Part shown: piece by piece, positions 37,801-49,183 of the stretch
Layout of the letters: each line of letters starts with the position of its first letter
Numbering within the stretch: the first letter of the stretch is position 1
NCBI GenBank assembly: GCA_023920165.1
Contig: CP089274.1
Coordinates: 5,704,001 to 5,768,000 of the forward strand
Origin: Curvularia clavata
Lineage: Eukaryota
Direction of reading: 5' to 3'
DNA length: 64,000 nt
Position numbers and translations under genes: made by a program
Notes under the pieces: generated by a model
Told to the model about the DNA's origin: nothing
Database searches by the model: none
The model's input: only the letters and a program-made list of their open reading frames with translations

Positions 37801-40800
37801 GAATAGTCGTTTTCGAAGAAAGACGGTATGCAATAAGCGACCCCGGATTCAGATGGAGAGGAGCGAAGGGCCGCACCGAGCCATGCAAATTGTTCACCAA
37901 CTTCAGCAATTGAAACAGCTGTTCCGAAGGCTTCAACCAGGAATTGAGATCCTTGAATCCATGCGATGAGTTTAGTACCATTGGGTAGTTCACCTGTTGA
38001 GACACCATTAGAGTCACAATAATCGCAAAACCAGAAGAGGAATCTTACATTCATGTCGGTGCTCGGGACCACTACCGAGCACATTCTTCAACAGGAGGAT
38101 TATGTCTTTTCCAGTGTACGGCCAGGTCTGAGATAAATATTCAGCACAAGTCTGTGCTTGAACATTTTGAGCAGATCCAGTTAAGACGATGACTTTCTCA
38201 ACCACGTCTTGAGGCTTTCCTTGGTACAATTGCTCTGCAAAAAACTTTAAAGGATCCCAGAGTATCAAGAGACGTAAGGTATGAGCTTTCGCTGGAGTGT
38301 TTTCACTGATGATTTTGCATGCTGGGAGAAGCTCCAGAATGCTTTGTCTGATCGCCATTATGTGATTGAGCTCTGATGAAACCAGGACGAGCTCTCTTAG
38401 TAATCTTGTGACAAGATGTTCAAAGACCGGATTTCCAGCGACGATATCACTGCAAATCGGTACCGTAATCATGCGGTTGCTCTCTTCATCTTCTGTTGAC
38501 TCCTTATCCGAAATCGGGGTTGTAGTTGTGTTGAAAGCTGTATGAAAGTTGTCATGACCCGCCCGGCCCTTTAGAGATGTTTCATCACATCTCAAGTCAG
38601 CCTCCAGTTTTGCATCCTTTGATTCGTCCTTTTCCCTGTTCCAGCGGCTAATCTTTTCTTGAAATGACATAGTATCATCGATATTGTTCTGGCTTGGGCA
38701 GTGTCTTTCAGACCAAACGTTCATGAAATGTTCAGCAATACTTCTACAAGATGTAAGTCAGTACCTCGAACATGATAGAAACTCAGATCCCAAGTTTGAG
38801 AGTACCGACCTTCGATTTCTGTGGACAAACGCCATTGCGTCTCGATGTTCTTGACTCTCCGAAACATGCAGAAGTTCCAGAGCACAATTATGAAGTATTT
38901 CAGGAAACGCTTCATGGATTCTTGCCATATCGGAGGTATCGGCTCTCTCAGGAAATATTTGACCAAACAAATAGTCAGCTGTTTGAGAAACCTGGATGTT
39001 AATTTCGGCGATCCTTCTCGAGAGCAGTGGCATTATCCATGGTTCGTGTTTAGACGGAATTTGTCCGTTCTTGTACAGCATTTCAACATCGCCGTCGATC
39101 TTGCGTGTATCGACTAGCATCTGAATCACTGATCGATGTCCTTTCTTCACTGCCAGAGTTAACGATGTTTCTCCATTATGGTCCTTGGAGGTAACATCGA
39201 CTCGGCCAGTCTCAAGCAGCATCTTGACCACGGCCTCATGTCCTCCTTGTGCCGCGAACATTAATGGCGTTCGACCTGAACAATCCACTGTATTGACATC
39301 AGTGGCATCGTTCTTGAGCAGGAATGCGACTATGCCCTTGAACCCAAACTCCGCCGAATATGAAAGTACATCCCTATCTTGCAAGAATCGGAACTGGGGC
39401 CCAATCTCCGATTGTTTGAATTCCGCGGGGTAATCGTTGGCGTTGCCCTTGAGGATTGCTTTTAGGGCCTCTTCGTTTCCAGTAGCCATAGCAGCGAACA
39501 CGGGGCATCCGTAACGCTCCCTTACAATCTCCAGACCTGACGGAGATTTTGGGTATGCCCTGATAAGCTCTGGCATGTTGTATTCCACAAGCAAGTATAA
39601 AAGGCTCACGTTTTCGGAATACCTCCGTACCTCAGATCTTTCGAAAAGGTTGTGTAGCTTCACCCAATTTGTGAGTGGAAATGTTTCAAGGAATCGTCTT
39701 TGGGAGACACCACCTAATTCCGCTGCATTTGAATGGAAAAGCAAATTGCTGACCGAATATTCTAAGAACGGGGATTTTGCAGAAACGGCGTGAGTTTCAA
39801 TTTTTTCAAGACAGCACCGCTTCAGCCACTCATGACACTGACCCTTCTGGTCTTCTCTTTGATCAGGTCCAATAGATTTGAAAGAGAGATGGCCCATAAG
39901 GAATTGCCGCACCGATTCGTGGATGAATCGGACTTGTCGAAACCCATCGTTGGTGACATGAATCAATCCCTGGGATGTTTCGCTGATAAAATGCTCCCCC
40001 ATATCCATGTATGTGTCCTCTATGGCCCAGCTCGATACATGTCTCTCTTCACGGGTGGCGGAATACAACTCCCCAGGACTCAGTGGGCGCTTGGCGAAAA
40101 GCACTAGCTGAAAATAATGCTTCTCGCCTGGTCGGATTGGCAATAAATCTTGGAATAGTTTGTGCAGGTTAGCTGGAATCTCCAGTAATCTCTGCCAGAC
40201 AGATTCAATACCGCTTCGATCAAACTTCCTGTTTAGAACACGTATGACCAGAACAACCCATAGGAAGACTCTTGGCGAAATTTCTTGCAGTTTGGTTCTG
40301 ATCTGATCTGCTAGTTTGTTGCTTCCAATCTTTAAGTTATCGTTTATGTAATTCGAAATCGCGTGAGCGTGTCCTTGCTTGGCTTCTAGCAACATCTCGA
40401 GTTCATCTTTGATAGAGATCCGAGAGAGATTTCTGCTCGATAAGCAAACTTGGAAATTCGTGCCGCACGACCCAGCAACAGCGTGAATGTGCTCAAAGAA
40501 CTTGATCATATCTCTTGCCTGGTCTTTTGGACATTCGTCTACTGCGTCGATGAAACAAAGTATTGGGCCACATCTCCGTACAATTTGTTCTATCAGTAGT
40601 TCGAGAGCTTCAATTGTCCATTGGCTGTCTTGCTCGCCATTTGGCTTCGAGATGTTGAGCTTATCGAAAACGTCCTGGAGAGCGAGATTTCCTTCAAGCA
40701 GTTGCACTGATAGTGACCTGTATGCTCCAGTAATTGAGCTTTCAAGATCATTGGTCGGTGGCGTAAAGAAGAAAGAAATTGTTTTGATTCCCTTGGCCCA

Positions 40801-41865
40801 TTCTTGAGCGTGGCTGAGAACAAATTTCATGAGCGTAGATTTCCCCGCCCCTAGATTTCCCTTGATGTGTAGGATCCAGTATTTTTCATTTTCCGGCGTT
40901 GTGTCGAGCCACTTAACGTATTCAGGCGTGTGCAAGAGCCATTCGCACGTATGAGGGTGTGCATTTTTTACAATCCTTTTGCCTACATCCATGTCATCGA
41001 ATCGTAATGAGTCCATCCATTCCTGCTTTCGTTTATTGCTGAGGAATGAAGTGCAAAGTTCTGAGGATGATCCAAGTGGCATATTAGTCACTTCTGTCAT
41101 ATTCTGATCGAACTCTATACGGTAGTTTACCGCTTCTCTCCGTGCTTGCTGGCTCGAGTGGTTTCCCAATTCCCTGTACTGGTCTTGCTGGGAACGTGTG
41201 AGATGAATGTCTTCCGCCCATGTACCAGTTGAAGCAAGTTTCCAGGTGTCCATGAATGGTAAATGTTGTCCAAACTGTTTAGGCGTTTTCTGCGACGGAA
41301 TCATGTCACCAAAAGGGTTAGCATTCTCAAGTGCATCTCTCATCTCTTCGAGAGTTTGCGCCATGGATGTTTGGTTGCCAAGATACGTTCCCTCACAGGA
41401 AAAGAATTCGATTGATGCGAGTGCGAGCAGTTCTGGTCGGTTCAAAATATAGCCGAACCATTTGCTGTTTCTCAAGTCTGAATTCGATCTCGTTGAGCCT
41501 GAGTAATGTTGATCTGAAGGGTTGCGTGAAACGTCAGATAGGTATACGTAGCATTTCTCCGCATTCTGGTGCCAGCGGAACATCGATTCCATCGCATGTT
41601 GTAACTCCGTTCTGTTGGAAGTGTCTATACAGCAGGTATCTATCCAGCAAAATTCGAGGCGGTCTCTTGCGGCTTGTTCCATGCAAAAGCGAATCTTCTG
41701 ATAACCTGGCTTGTTTTTTCCCTTGCCGTCCATTGCATCTTGAAAAGTATACTCATTTTCCTTTACCTCCCATGAATGTGAAAGAATCGCATATCGTGGA
41801 ATGTCTTCTTCTTCGCGTTCGACAAGGCTGAATTCGTGATCATTGTTCCGTTGTAAGAATCGCAT
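34896..41865 (-). CDS. NLR-like fusion protein of about 2247 aa: HET - NACHT - ankyrin - uncharacterised domain - PNP_UDP; exons 41865-38810, 38743-38049, 37993-37331, 37272-36056, 36008-34896
   Basis: HET motifs YAILSHSW and WIDTCCID; Walker A GNLGAGKST and Walker B CFIDAVDEC; ankyrin GRTPLMFAAQGGH and GETSLTLAVKKGH; PNP motifs GVAGG, FEMEAAG, IRGICDYADSHKNK. Four 47-66 nt GT-AG introns each preserve the frame; the spliced length of 6744 nt is divisible by 3. Confidence 0.8.
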
Positions 41866-42319
41866 TGAGGGGGAATGCGCGTCTGAAACAGGAGGTTGAC
41901 TTAGAAAGCAATCAGCTAATATGCGCCGAGTATCTGGGAAACTGTGCTCTTCAGATAGTTTGTGGACAAGAGTTTGTATGTGCCAATTGACATCAGGCTG
42001 AATGTAGTAGATGAACAACGATGTAGTATCACGTGCATAAATCGCCTTGTGTCACACATAGCTTGATATTTAATTAGGCAACACTCTTGCATCTTCTTAC
42101 GCTATCTCCAAGGCGATTGAAATGACAACAGGGATTCCTGCAAGTAACCATGTGACTGTGTGGTATCACGTGACTAGTTCGGCTCAGGTATGCACTACTT
42201 CTGCTATCTCTGACGACGCCAAGACCATCCTTTTGCTTTTCTCTGTGCTCATTTAATAGACCGGTTTCGCCTCCTGCTTGCACACTGTAGCTGGAGAGTC
42301 CATGTTCAAGTCTCTCAAA

Positions 42320-43300
42320 ATGACTCGCGCAGTATGTCGCCGTCGCCTTCCATGTTCTTCACCGCACCGTTCGTTTACGAAGTACTGATACTTCCGCAGG
42401 CAGTTGGCCAAATGCGCTCCACAGCGTCCATGGCTTCAAACCTAACTCAAGCCCAATCCCTCTGCCGCAAAGCTCACGAAGCAGGCGCAAAAGCTCTCTT
42501 TCTGCCAGAAGTCAATCCGCCTACATCGCACTCATCTCCGGTCACATGACTAACCCACCTTCCTCCAGGCGGCAGACTACATCACCACCTCTGGAGGCCT
42601 CAAACTTTGCAAACCTGTCACAAGCTCTGAATTTGTGCTCGGCCTGCAAACATCAGCCAAGCAATACAACCTTGCCATTTCCGTCGGCATCCACGAGCCG
42701 ACAGCTGATGCGCAGAAAGTAAAAAACACGCTCATCTGGATCACGCCCGAGGGCGAAATCGCGCACCGCTACCAAAAGCTGCACCTATTCGATATGGACG
42801 TCAAGGACGGTCCGCAGATGAAGGAGTCGGACGGCGTCGAACGTGGTATTCATCTCGGGGATCCTTTTGATAGCCCTGTTGGCAGAATAGGCATGCAGAT
42901 ATGCTTTGACCTACGGTTCCCTGAACCCGGGCTTGCGTTGAGAAGACGGGGTGCTCAGGTGCTGTTGTATCCTGCGGCTTTTACCACGCCTACTGGTAAA
43001 GCGGGGCATTGGGAGATTTTACTACGTGCCCGGGCGATTGAAACGCAAAGTTATGTTATTGCTGCTGCGCAGGTGGGTATTCATGATGACGAAGGCAAGA
43101 GGCGGAGTTATGGACACAGCATGATTGTAGATCCGTGGGGACGAATTGTCGCTGAGCTTGGAGGCGACGAAGGCAAGGATGAAAAATGGGAAGGCGAAGG
43201 CGAGATTGCAGTCGCAGACTTGGATCTTGAGTACGTAGAAAATCTCAGAAAGGATGTTCCCATGACACGGAGAACCGACGTTTATGCGGATATTTCCTAG
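42320..43300 (+). CDS. Carbon-nitrogen hydrolase / nitrilase family (Nit1-type deaminated glutathione amidase); introns 42332-42399, 42511-42568
   Basis: E-K-C triad motifs LFLPE, YQKLHLFD, ICFDLRFPE; RARAIETQSYV; SYGHSMIVDPWG. Confidence 0.9.
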
Positions 43301-44227
43301 GTTAGTCTAGATAGAGTTTAAAATAAACATGTGAGTATTAGGAATTAGTAACAGGTTCGCATTTTTCTATTCTAGCCTGTTGTAGTAATTTGCACTCACT
43401 CTTTCTTTTTCTTTTCAATTGCGGCCGTAAATCTTCAAGTTCGATCCCTGCCACCTTGCTGCAGAAAGCGCTGCGGCACACTACGATTAGAGTGTTAGTA
43501 TAAACAACTTCGCTTCTTCACTTTCCCCTTCTCCCCCGCATGCTCACCTTTTCGACCCTCATATTCCGCCATCTTCTTTATAAATACATTGGTCTCCAAG
43601 TCACTGTAGACAGCTATGACTACTACTGTAGCCTAGCTGTAATAATGTCTACAGCAATCACATTGCGCCAACCATTGAATGTTCTGACTCCTCGATGCGT
43701 GAACCATGGTTAAGCTCGCGACAAACCACCAAATGAAATTTGCACAGTCAGCGCACACTGTCAAGAGGCTATTGCCTATACTCGCTGCCAGCGCATATTA
43801 CCGTGAGAGGCTCTCTCACATTTGGTGAAACCAGAAACCGGTTTACAAAATCACCCCCTCGATTGATACTTTTAAAAGCAGCTGTAGTTGCCGCAACTAC
43901 TTATAACTTAATATACTCTTAGAAAGTTTAACTCAACTTTCAGAAGTCACTGTAGTTGTCGCAGTCATTCTTGTGTTGACAGCCATCATGGTACCCAATA
44001 TCCATCACGGTCTTCACCAGGCCCTCATGTGACTCAGTATCTATGTGACACATGCTCTATCCACGGTTCAAAACACCCAAGAACATTCTTGAATTCTGCA
44101 CTGCCTCTTCTATCCGTATATAAACCACAGTTCCCCACCCAGCTAGTCCACACTACAGTTGATCTCTACTTCCACACGATTCACGTATACTACGAAACGA
44201 CACACTTTTCTCTCCGACGCTTTCACC

Positions 44228-45187
44228 ATGGCTACCATGTCCGATCCATCAACTTACTTCAAAGTCCTTGTCTCACCCCAAATACCTTCAGAACTGGTCC
44301 TGCACACCATCCAGTACCTTCCTTTCAACAAGGGCGCGCTCATATCCGCTCTCCGCAGTGCGCATCCAAGACTTCGCGCGCTCATCAGCACCTATGAGCA
44401 ATCACTTACAGGCCATTTCATGCTAAAGGAGCTTCGCCACGCTGCAACAGATTTTCCATGCAAGTGCGGTCGCAATTTTGACTGGCTCGCTGACTGCGTT
44501 CGGAGCTACGACGTCCTAGATGACATTCTGGACTCTCTTTGCTCCGAGTACAACTTCTGGGCTATTTCGCCACATAACGCCTCCCTCGCGAATGCGGGGC
44601 TCCTGCTCCTGTTTCGCATATCTTCGCTTGAAAAGCATAAAGACAAGCTTTCATATATCAGTTCTCTGCAAAGAGATCCCCTCATTGCTATTTATCTTGT
44701 CTTGCACCACGCAACGCTCTCAGCGCGATATAACGGCGAAGGATGGATCAGTCAGGACACATACGGGCAATTCATGGACGGAGATCAACTCGAGTTACGC
44801 AATGAGCTTGAATTCTGCTTTGCCGAAGCAGCGCTCAGTATTGGACCCAGTTTCATCTCAGATACCTTGCTGCACTATGATGGGCCGGAATCCGAGACAA
44901 CCCTCCTGAACTTTTATCATGAACATGGGACTCATGATTGGGAGTGGCCGCAGGAGCACGGAAAGGGAGAGTTTGAACCACCAAGGACCCAGGGGCCGCG
45001 AAGGAACGAGTCGGAAATGGAGAGAAGCTTGTTCACAGTGCTCCTTGAGCACCTGGCAGAACTTATGCAGTGCGAGTTGAGGGATGTGAGGGCACGAGTA
45101 GAGCAGGATCTTGAGAGTGCTCATCATCCTTTGGCGTATCTGAGCCTTGGTGGCAAGGAACGGCTGTTGGAGGGGAAGAATTTGTAG
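44228..45187 (+). CDS. Uncharacterised fungal protein with possible N-terminal F-box-like motif
   Basis: Uninterrupted ORF of about 319 aa from a good-context ATG; IPSELVLHTIQYLP resembles the F-box consensus (weak). Confidence 0.6.
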   Translation: MATMSDPSTYFKVLVSPQIPSELVLHTIQYLPFNKGALISALRSAHPRLRALISTYEQSLTGHFMLKELRHAATDFPCKCGRNFDWLADCVRSYDVLDDILDSLCSEYNFWAISPHNASLANAGLLLLFRISSLEKHKDKLSYISSLQRDPLIAIYLVLHHATLSARYNGEGWISQDTYGQFMDGDQLELRNELEFCFAEAALSIGPSFISDTLLHYDGPESETTLLNFYHEHGTHDWEWPQEHGKGEFEPPRTQGPRRNESEMERSLFTVLLEHLAELMQCELRDVRARVEQDLESAHHPLAYLSLGGKERLLEGKNL

Positions 45188-45295
45188 CTTGCTAAATTGT
45201 ATTATTAGAGAAAATCAATGAATTGCACTGTGACCCTGGGTATCGTGTAAACTCCGCAAATGAGATGCTGTATCTGCCACAAGATACCAATCCGA

Positions 45296-46065
45296 CTAAA
45301 CAAGATCTATACCCTCTCTCTCTGCCGCCTGTAGAATATAACTCCTCGTCTTGGCATCTGGCGCTAGCTCCAACGGCAGGTGGCCATCGTTGTCCTTCTT
45401 GTCGAACTCAGCACCTAGGGTCAAGAGTAGCATTGCTGCATCCCCGTGTCCCTCGCTTATGGCATGATGGAGTGCCGTCATGCCGTCCATATCTGTTGCG
45501 TTCAAAGGGCTCTTCGCATCTATCAACGCCTTCATCATAGGCACGCTACCCACTGCTGCTGCACGATGCAGTGGCAACTGTCCCCTTTTGTCTTTGACTC
45601 GCGCCGACGCTGGCGGCTTTTGTGCAAGTAGCGTACGAGCGATATCGAGGTTGATTTTTGAGGCGCAGAAATGCAGAGCCGTCTGGCCGTTGTTGTTCTT
45701 CGCATTCACGTCGGCATCCTTGGAGAGCAGCAAGTCTACAATTTGCTCGGAGTCTTTCCGCGAGCATGCCATCATCAGCGGGGTCCAGCCTGAGCCATCT
45801 GTGGCGTCGGGATCAAACGACTTTGCTTGTACAAGCGATTGTACGATCGGGAGGTGGTTGTAGGAAACGGCCCAGTGTATTGGGAGGCGATCGTCGGGGT
45901 CGCGGAGGTTCGCAAGCTTGGGGTTGGCGGCAAGCAGAGAGTCGACGCGGGATGCTGGCATGGGTTAGAAGAGGATCACTCAGGTGGGGGAGGATAGTAG
46001 TTTGACGGACCTTGGCCTTCTCGACAGGCCTCGTGAATAGCATACTTGGCCTTGTATTCTTCCAT
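45296..46065 (-). CDS. NAS6: Ankyrin-repeat 26S proteasome assembly chaperone (Nas6/gankyrin); intron 45955-46010
   Basis: About 6-7 ankyrin repeats (RLPIHWA, GWTPLMMA, GQTALHF, GQLPLHRAAAVG, GMTALHHAISEGH); size of about 237 aa. Confidence 0.82.
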
Positions 46066-46363
46066 GATAGCGGCTGTGGAAATACACTTTGATGGGAGCT
46101 GTCAAATGTCGCCTAGGTGCTGAAGCAACGCTACCAAAGATGGTTCCGCAATGACCGAGGCAGGAATACTGCCAGGCGGTGAGATACTGGAGCCAATAAG
46201 ACTGACTATTCTGTCTTAGCGTCACAGACATTTTAGGAAGAGCTTGGCAAATCTAGCTCGCTAACCTGTGGGGTACGTTAGTCAACTTTAAGTAGAAATG
46301 CAAAGACTACTCCCTGCTTATAAAAAGTGAGCTCTAGTTAATACTATGGGCTTTTGATCTAAA

Positions 46364-47846
46364 CTATTCCCTATGGAACCAAGCGTCCTGAACAACAGCT
46401 TCAGCCGGTGCCCTGGCGGAAGGCTCCATTCGTAACATACTTCTGATCAGCATGCCAACCTGCGCAATATCTTCCCGAGTCATATCCTCGCGCCTCTCCC
46501 CATCAAAATACATTTCCTCTAGCCATTCTTGAAGTGAACAAGCAGAATTGTTGCCAGACGATGTTCCTTTCATTGTATCCCAGTCTCTTTTCCAACGGTC
46601 TGGCAAGCCATCGTTAACTGTCTCAAGCATTTGGCTGACAAGGATTGCAGGTGTTGTCATGGAGCTGTCGAACAGCGGTTGTCCGACAATGAGCTCGAAT
46701 AACTAGACAAATTATCAGCCTGCTATCGATACATGCCAAGGCACTGTATTCAAGGAGCTGGACTAACTAGACAGGCCATACTCCAAAGATCTACGCGATA
46801 ATCGATTTTGTCATTAAAGATGATTTCGGGGGCGCGAACAGGAAGTGGAGTGTTGAGAGTGCTAGGGTATTCGTCGTTTAAGAAAGACTGACCAAAATCT
46901 ACGATCTTAATCGATCTGAATGACGACTTAATATCTAGAGGGTAGAAAGTAGATTTCACAAGGTATCGGGGAACACCAGGCCCTATTGGATGGCCGTCTT
47001 TTCTTTGAACAGTTCCTGTCTCGGGTTTTCCAAGTTTCTGGAGGAATTCCTCTTCTCGCAAGGCTTGCACCATAGGGATCTCGAATGCTAGATTGCGGGT
47101 ATGTAGATCTGAGAATGGTTGGCAAGGATCAAACGAATGCTGACATTATATTATACCTGCATGCGCAATTTTGTGCTCGTGAAGGAAGCACAAACCAAGC
47201 AGAGTCTGTTTTGCAATAGTTTTCGCAAGCGTTCCGGAAAGCCTTTCAGTACTGGGATGCGCGTCGAGTAGATCAGCGACGCTTGGCCCTAACAATTCCA
47301 ATACGAAGCATTTATGAGTTCCATTTGGACCACTAATCTGGAAAGGATCTTGCATTTTTATCAGGTGCTGGTAACCAGGCTGGTCTGAATCTTTCGCCGC
47401 TATTGTGCGCAAGACCGTAGTCTCTCGATTGTGATAGTTTGGCTCAGAAACTGCGATTTTTACAGCAACGTAGGTTTGATCTCTAGTAGTATGTCAGCTA
47501 TAATCGCGTCAATTTATTGCAGAAAGCAAGACCTGGTATCGCGCGCTGCCCAGACGGTTGAGTATCCACCCCAGCCCAACTTATGTAGAATCTTGTATCG
47601 ACCATTGCTCAAACAGTCCCCCAAATGAACGGGATGATATCCACCCCTGTGATAACGATGCAAAGGCTCAGCATCAATGTCACATATATGTGTAGACCAA
47701 TCCGTTGGCAGATCGAGCTGGGAAGGTTGTGCAAGCATAGAGGAAAGTGAACGCGCAGGGACGAGTACGGATAAAGACAATTTACATGACAGCGCTTTCT
47801 GGACTGATGTTCTGCAAGGTCGAGCGACTATCCTAGTCACGCTCAT
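46364..47846 (-). CDS. SRPK-like (CMGC) protein kinase of the expanded fungal family; introns 47483-47532, 47109-47156, 46703-46767
   Basis: YHRGGYHPVHLGD, LGWGGYSTVWAA, VAVKI, HADLHTRN, IVDFGQ, RAPE, VDLWSM; splicing restores one reading frame. Confidence 0.82.
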
Positions 47847-49183
47847 GCTTTTCTCTTATACACGAGTAGAGCTGTGAGAGATGACGGGGTATTCAAAGTG
47901 AGTAGCAAGAAGATCAATATTGTAAGATGTAACATCAAGATAATTAGCGCGATCTTAGCGCTGAACCCAGTGGCTGCATGCAGCGGGACCAATGAAAATG
48001 CTCGCTGCCGTTTACATCTGGAAAGACGTATCAAAGGGTGCGCTTACACAAGCTTCTCAAGTAGTACAGAACAGGCGGTATGTGTATAAGTAGAGTCATT
48101 TGTACATTTATGGCGGGCATCCAGGTCCCGCCATGAAGGATACTGTCAGGCGGTGAGATTTTAGCGCCAATAAGACTATTCCATCTTCACTACACTATCT
48201 ACTCTACTCGATAGATTATGGACTAAGCCAAGTTGGGCGAATCATTTACCCCGATTTAAGGCCGGGAACAACTCTCCAACACGTGGGGCCAATCTCACCA
48301 GCCATGCCAAACACAGGAATATCTCACGTCAATCTTTCAATGTTGCGTCTCGTACCGCCCTTAACCGCTCGTCGTCTACTCTGTACATCTCAATGCACCC
48401 AAGACAAAATCTAGATAAAAAAAGTAGCGCATATTCTTCGCATCCGTTCTCAGCCGCACATCATTTTTCAGCCGCACCAGATCTTGTTGCCTTAGCGGCT
48501 CTTCAGCTTATTTCTCCTTCCGCAGCCAGACAGCCTTCTTTCTTTCAATCCTCATAGTTCTGCCATTGACTTTTGCAGCCAAATGCCCAGGCTTCGAAAC
48601 TGCAAAACAAATTCCCTTTTGAGCTGATGTTATACCCTCAACCCTCCGCCCATGCCTTTGCGTCCTCCAAGCTAGCTAGCCAGACCGTTGCCATCAAAAC
48701 CTATAATGGAGCCTGAAGAAATCAACTGGGCTGGCCATATAGCCGAGCGCTTCGGCGATCGCGGTCTTCAGCTCTGGAAGAGTCCTGCTAGAGACCTCAT
48801 CAGTGCGATCTATACGATATTGAGCTCACTGGACATCAGTAGGACGGAGTACAATTCATTTCGGGCTCTGCAAAACATCTTTCCCCCAAGCAATGGAACA
48901 ACAGGAAGCCATTATCATGATTCGGCCGATATTCCGACGTTGCGAGATGCTATCCTGTATATACAGCCACCTGGGAACTACAATTACCAGGTAATCGGGA
49001 AGGGTCTATACTCCCAAATAGAATGTAAGCTCACTGCCTTACCCTCGTAGATGAAAGCTCAAACCAGGTGAATGCAGTCCGTACGTTCAAAAAAAGAGTA
49101 AATGGTATGTAGAATATCATTCCCTTCTATGGTCCGCGAAGGTGGTTCCAACATTCAAAATAGGGCTCGTAACGTCGCTACAA

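Noticed and set aside
40990..41270. Search for an amyloid signalling motif in the NLR linker or HET neighbours
   Set aside because: No HET-s, PP or sigma-like G/N/Q-patterned motif is visible.
41866..42018. 51-aa N-terminal extension of the NLR ORF
   Set aside because: Starts at a non-ATG codon; the HET-E-like start MRFLQR at 41865 matches the family N-terminus.
43420..43460. GTTCGATCCC T-loop-like motif suggesting a tRNA or SINE
   Set aside because: No cloverleaf or acceptor stem can be built.
43600..43965. 9-bp inverted repeat (CTGTAGACA/TGTCTACAG) and repeated CTGTAGTTG words in a TA-rich gap, possible RIP-decayed element
   Set aside because: Too short, with no terminal repeats, target-site duplication or transposase remnant.
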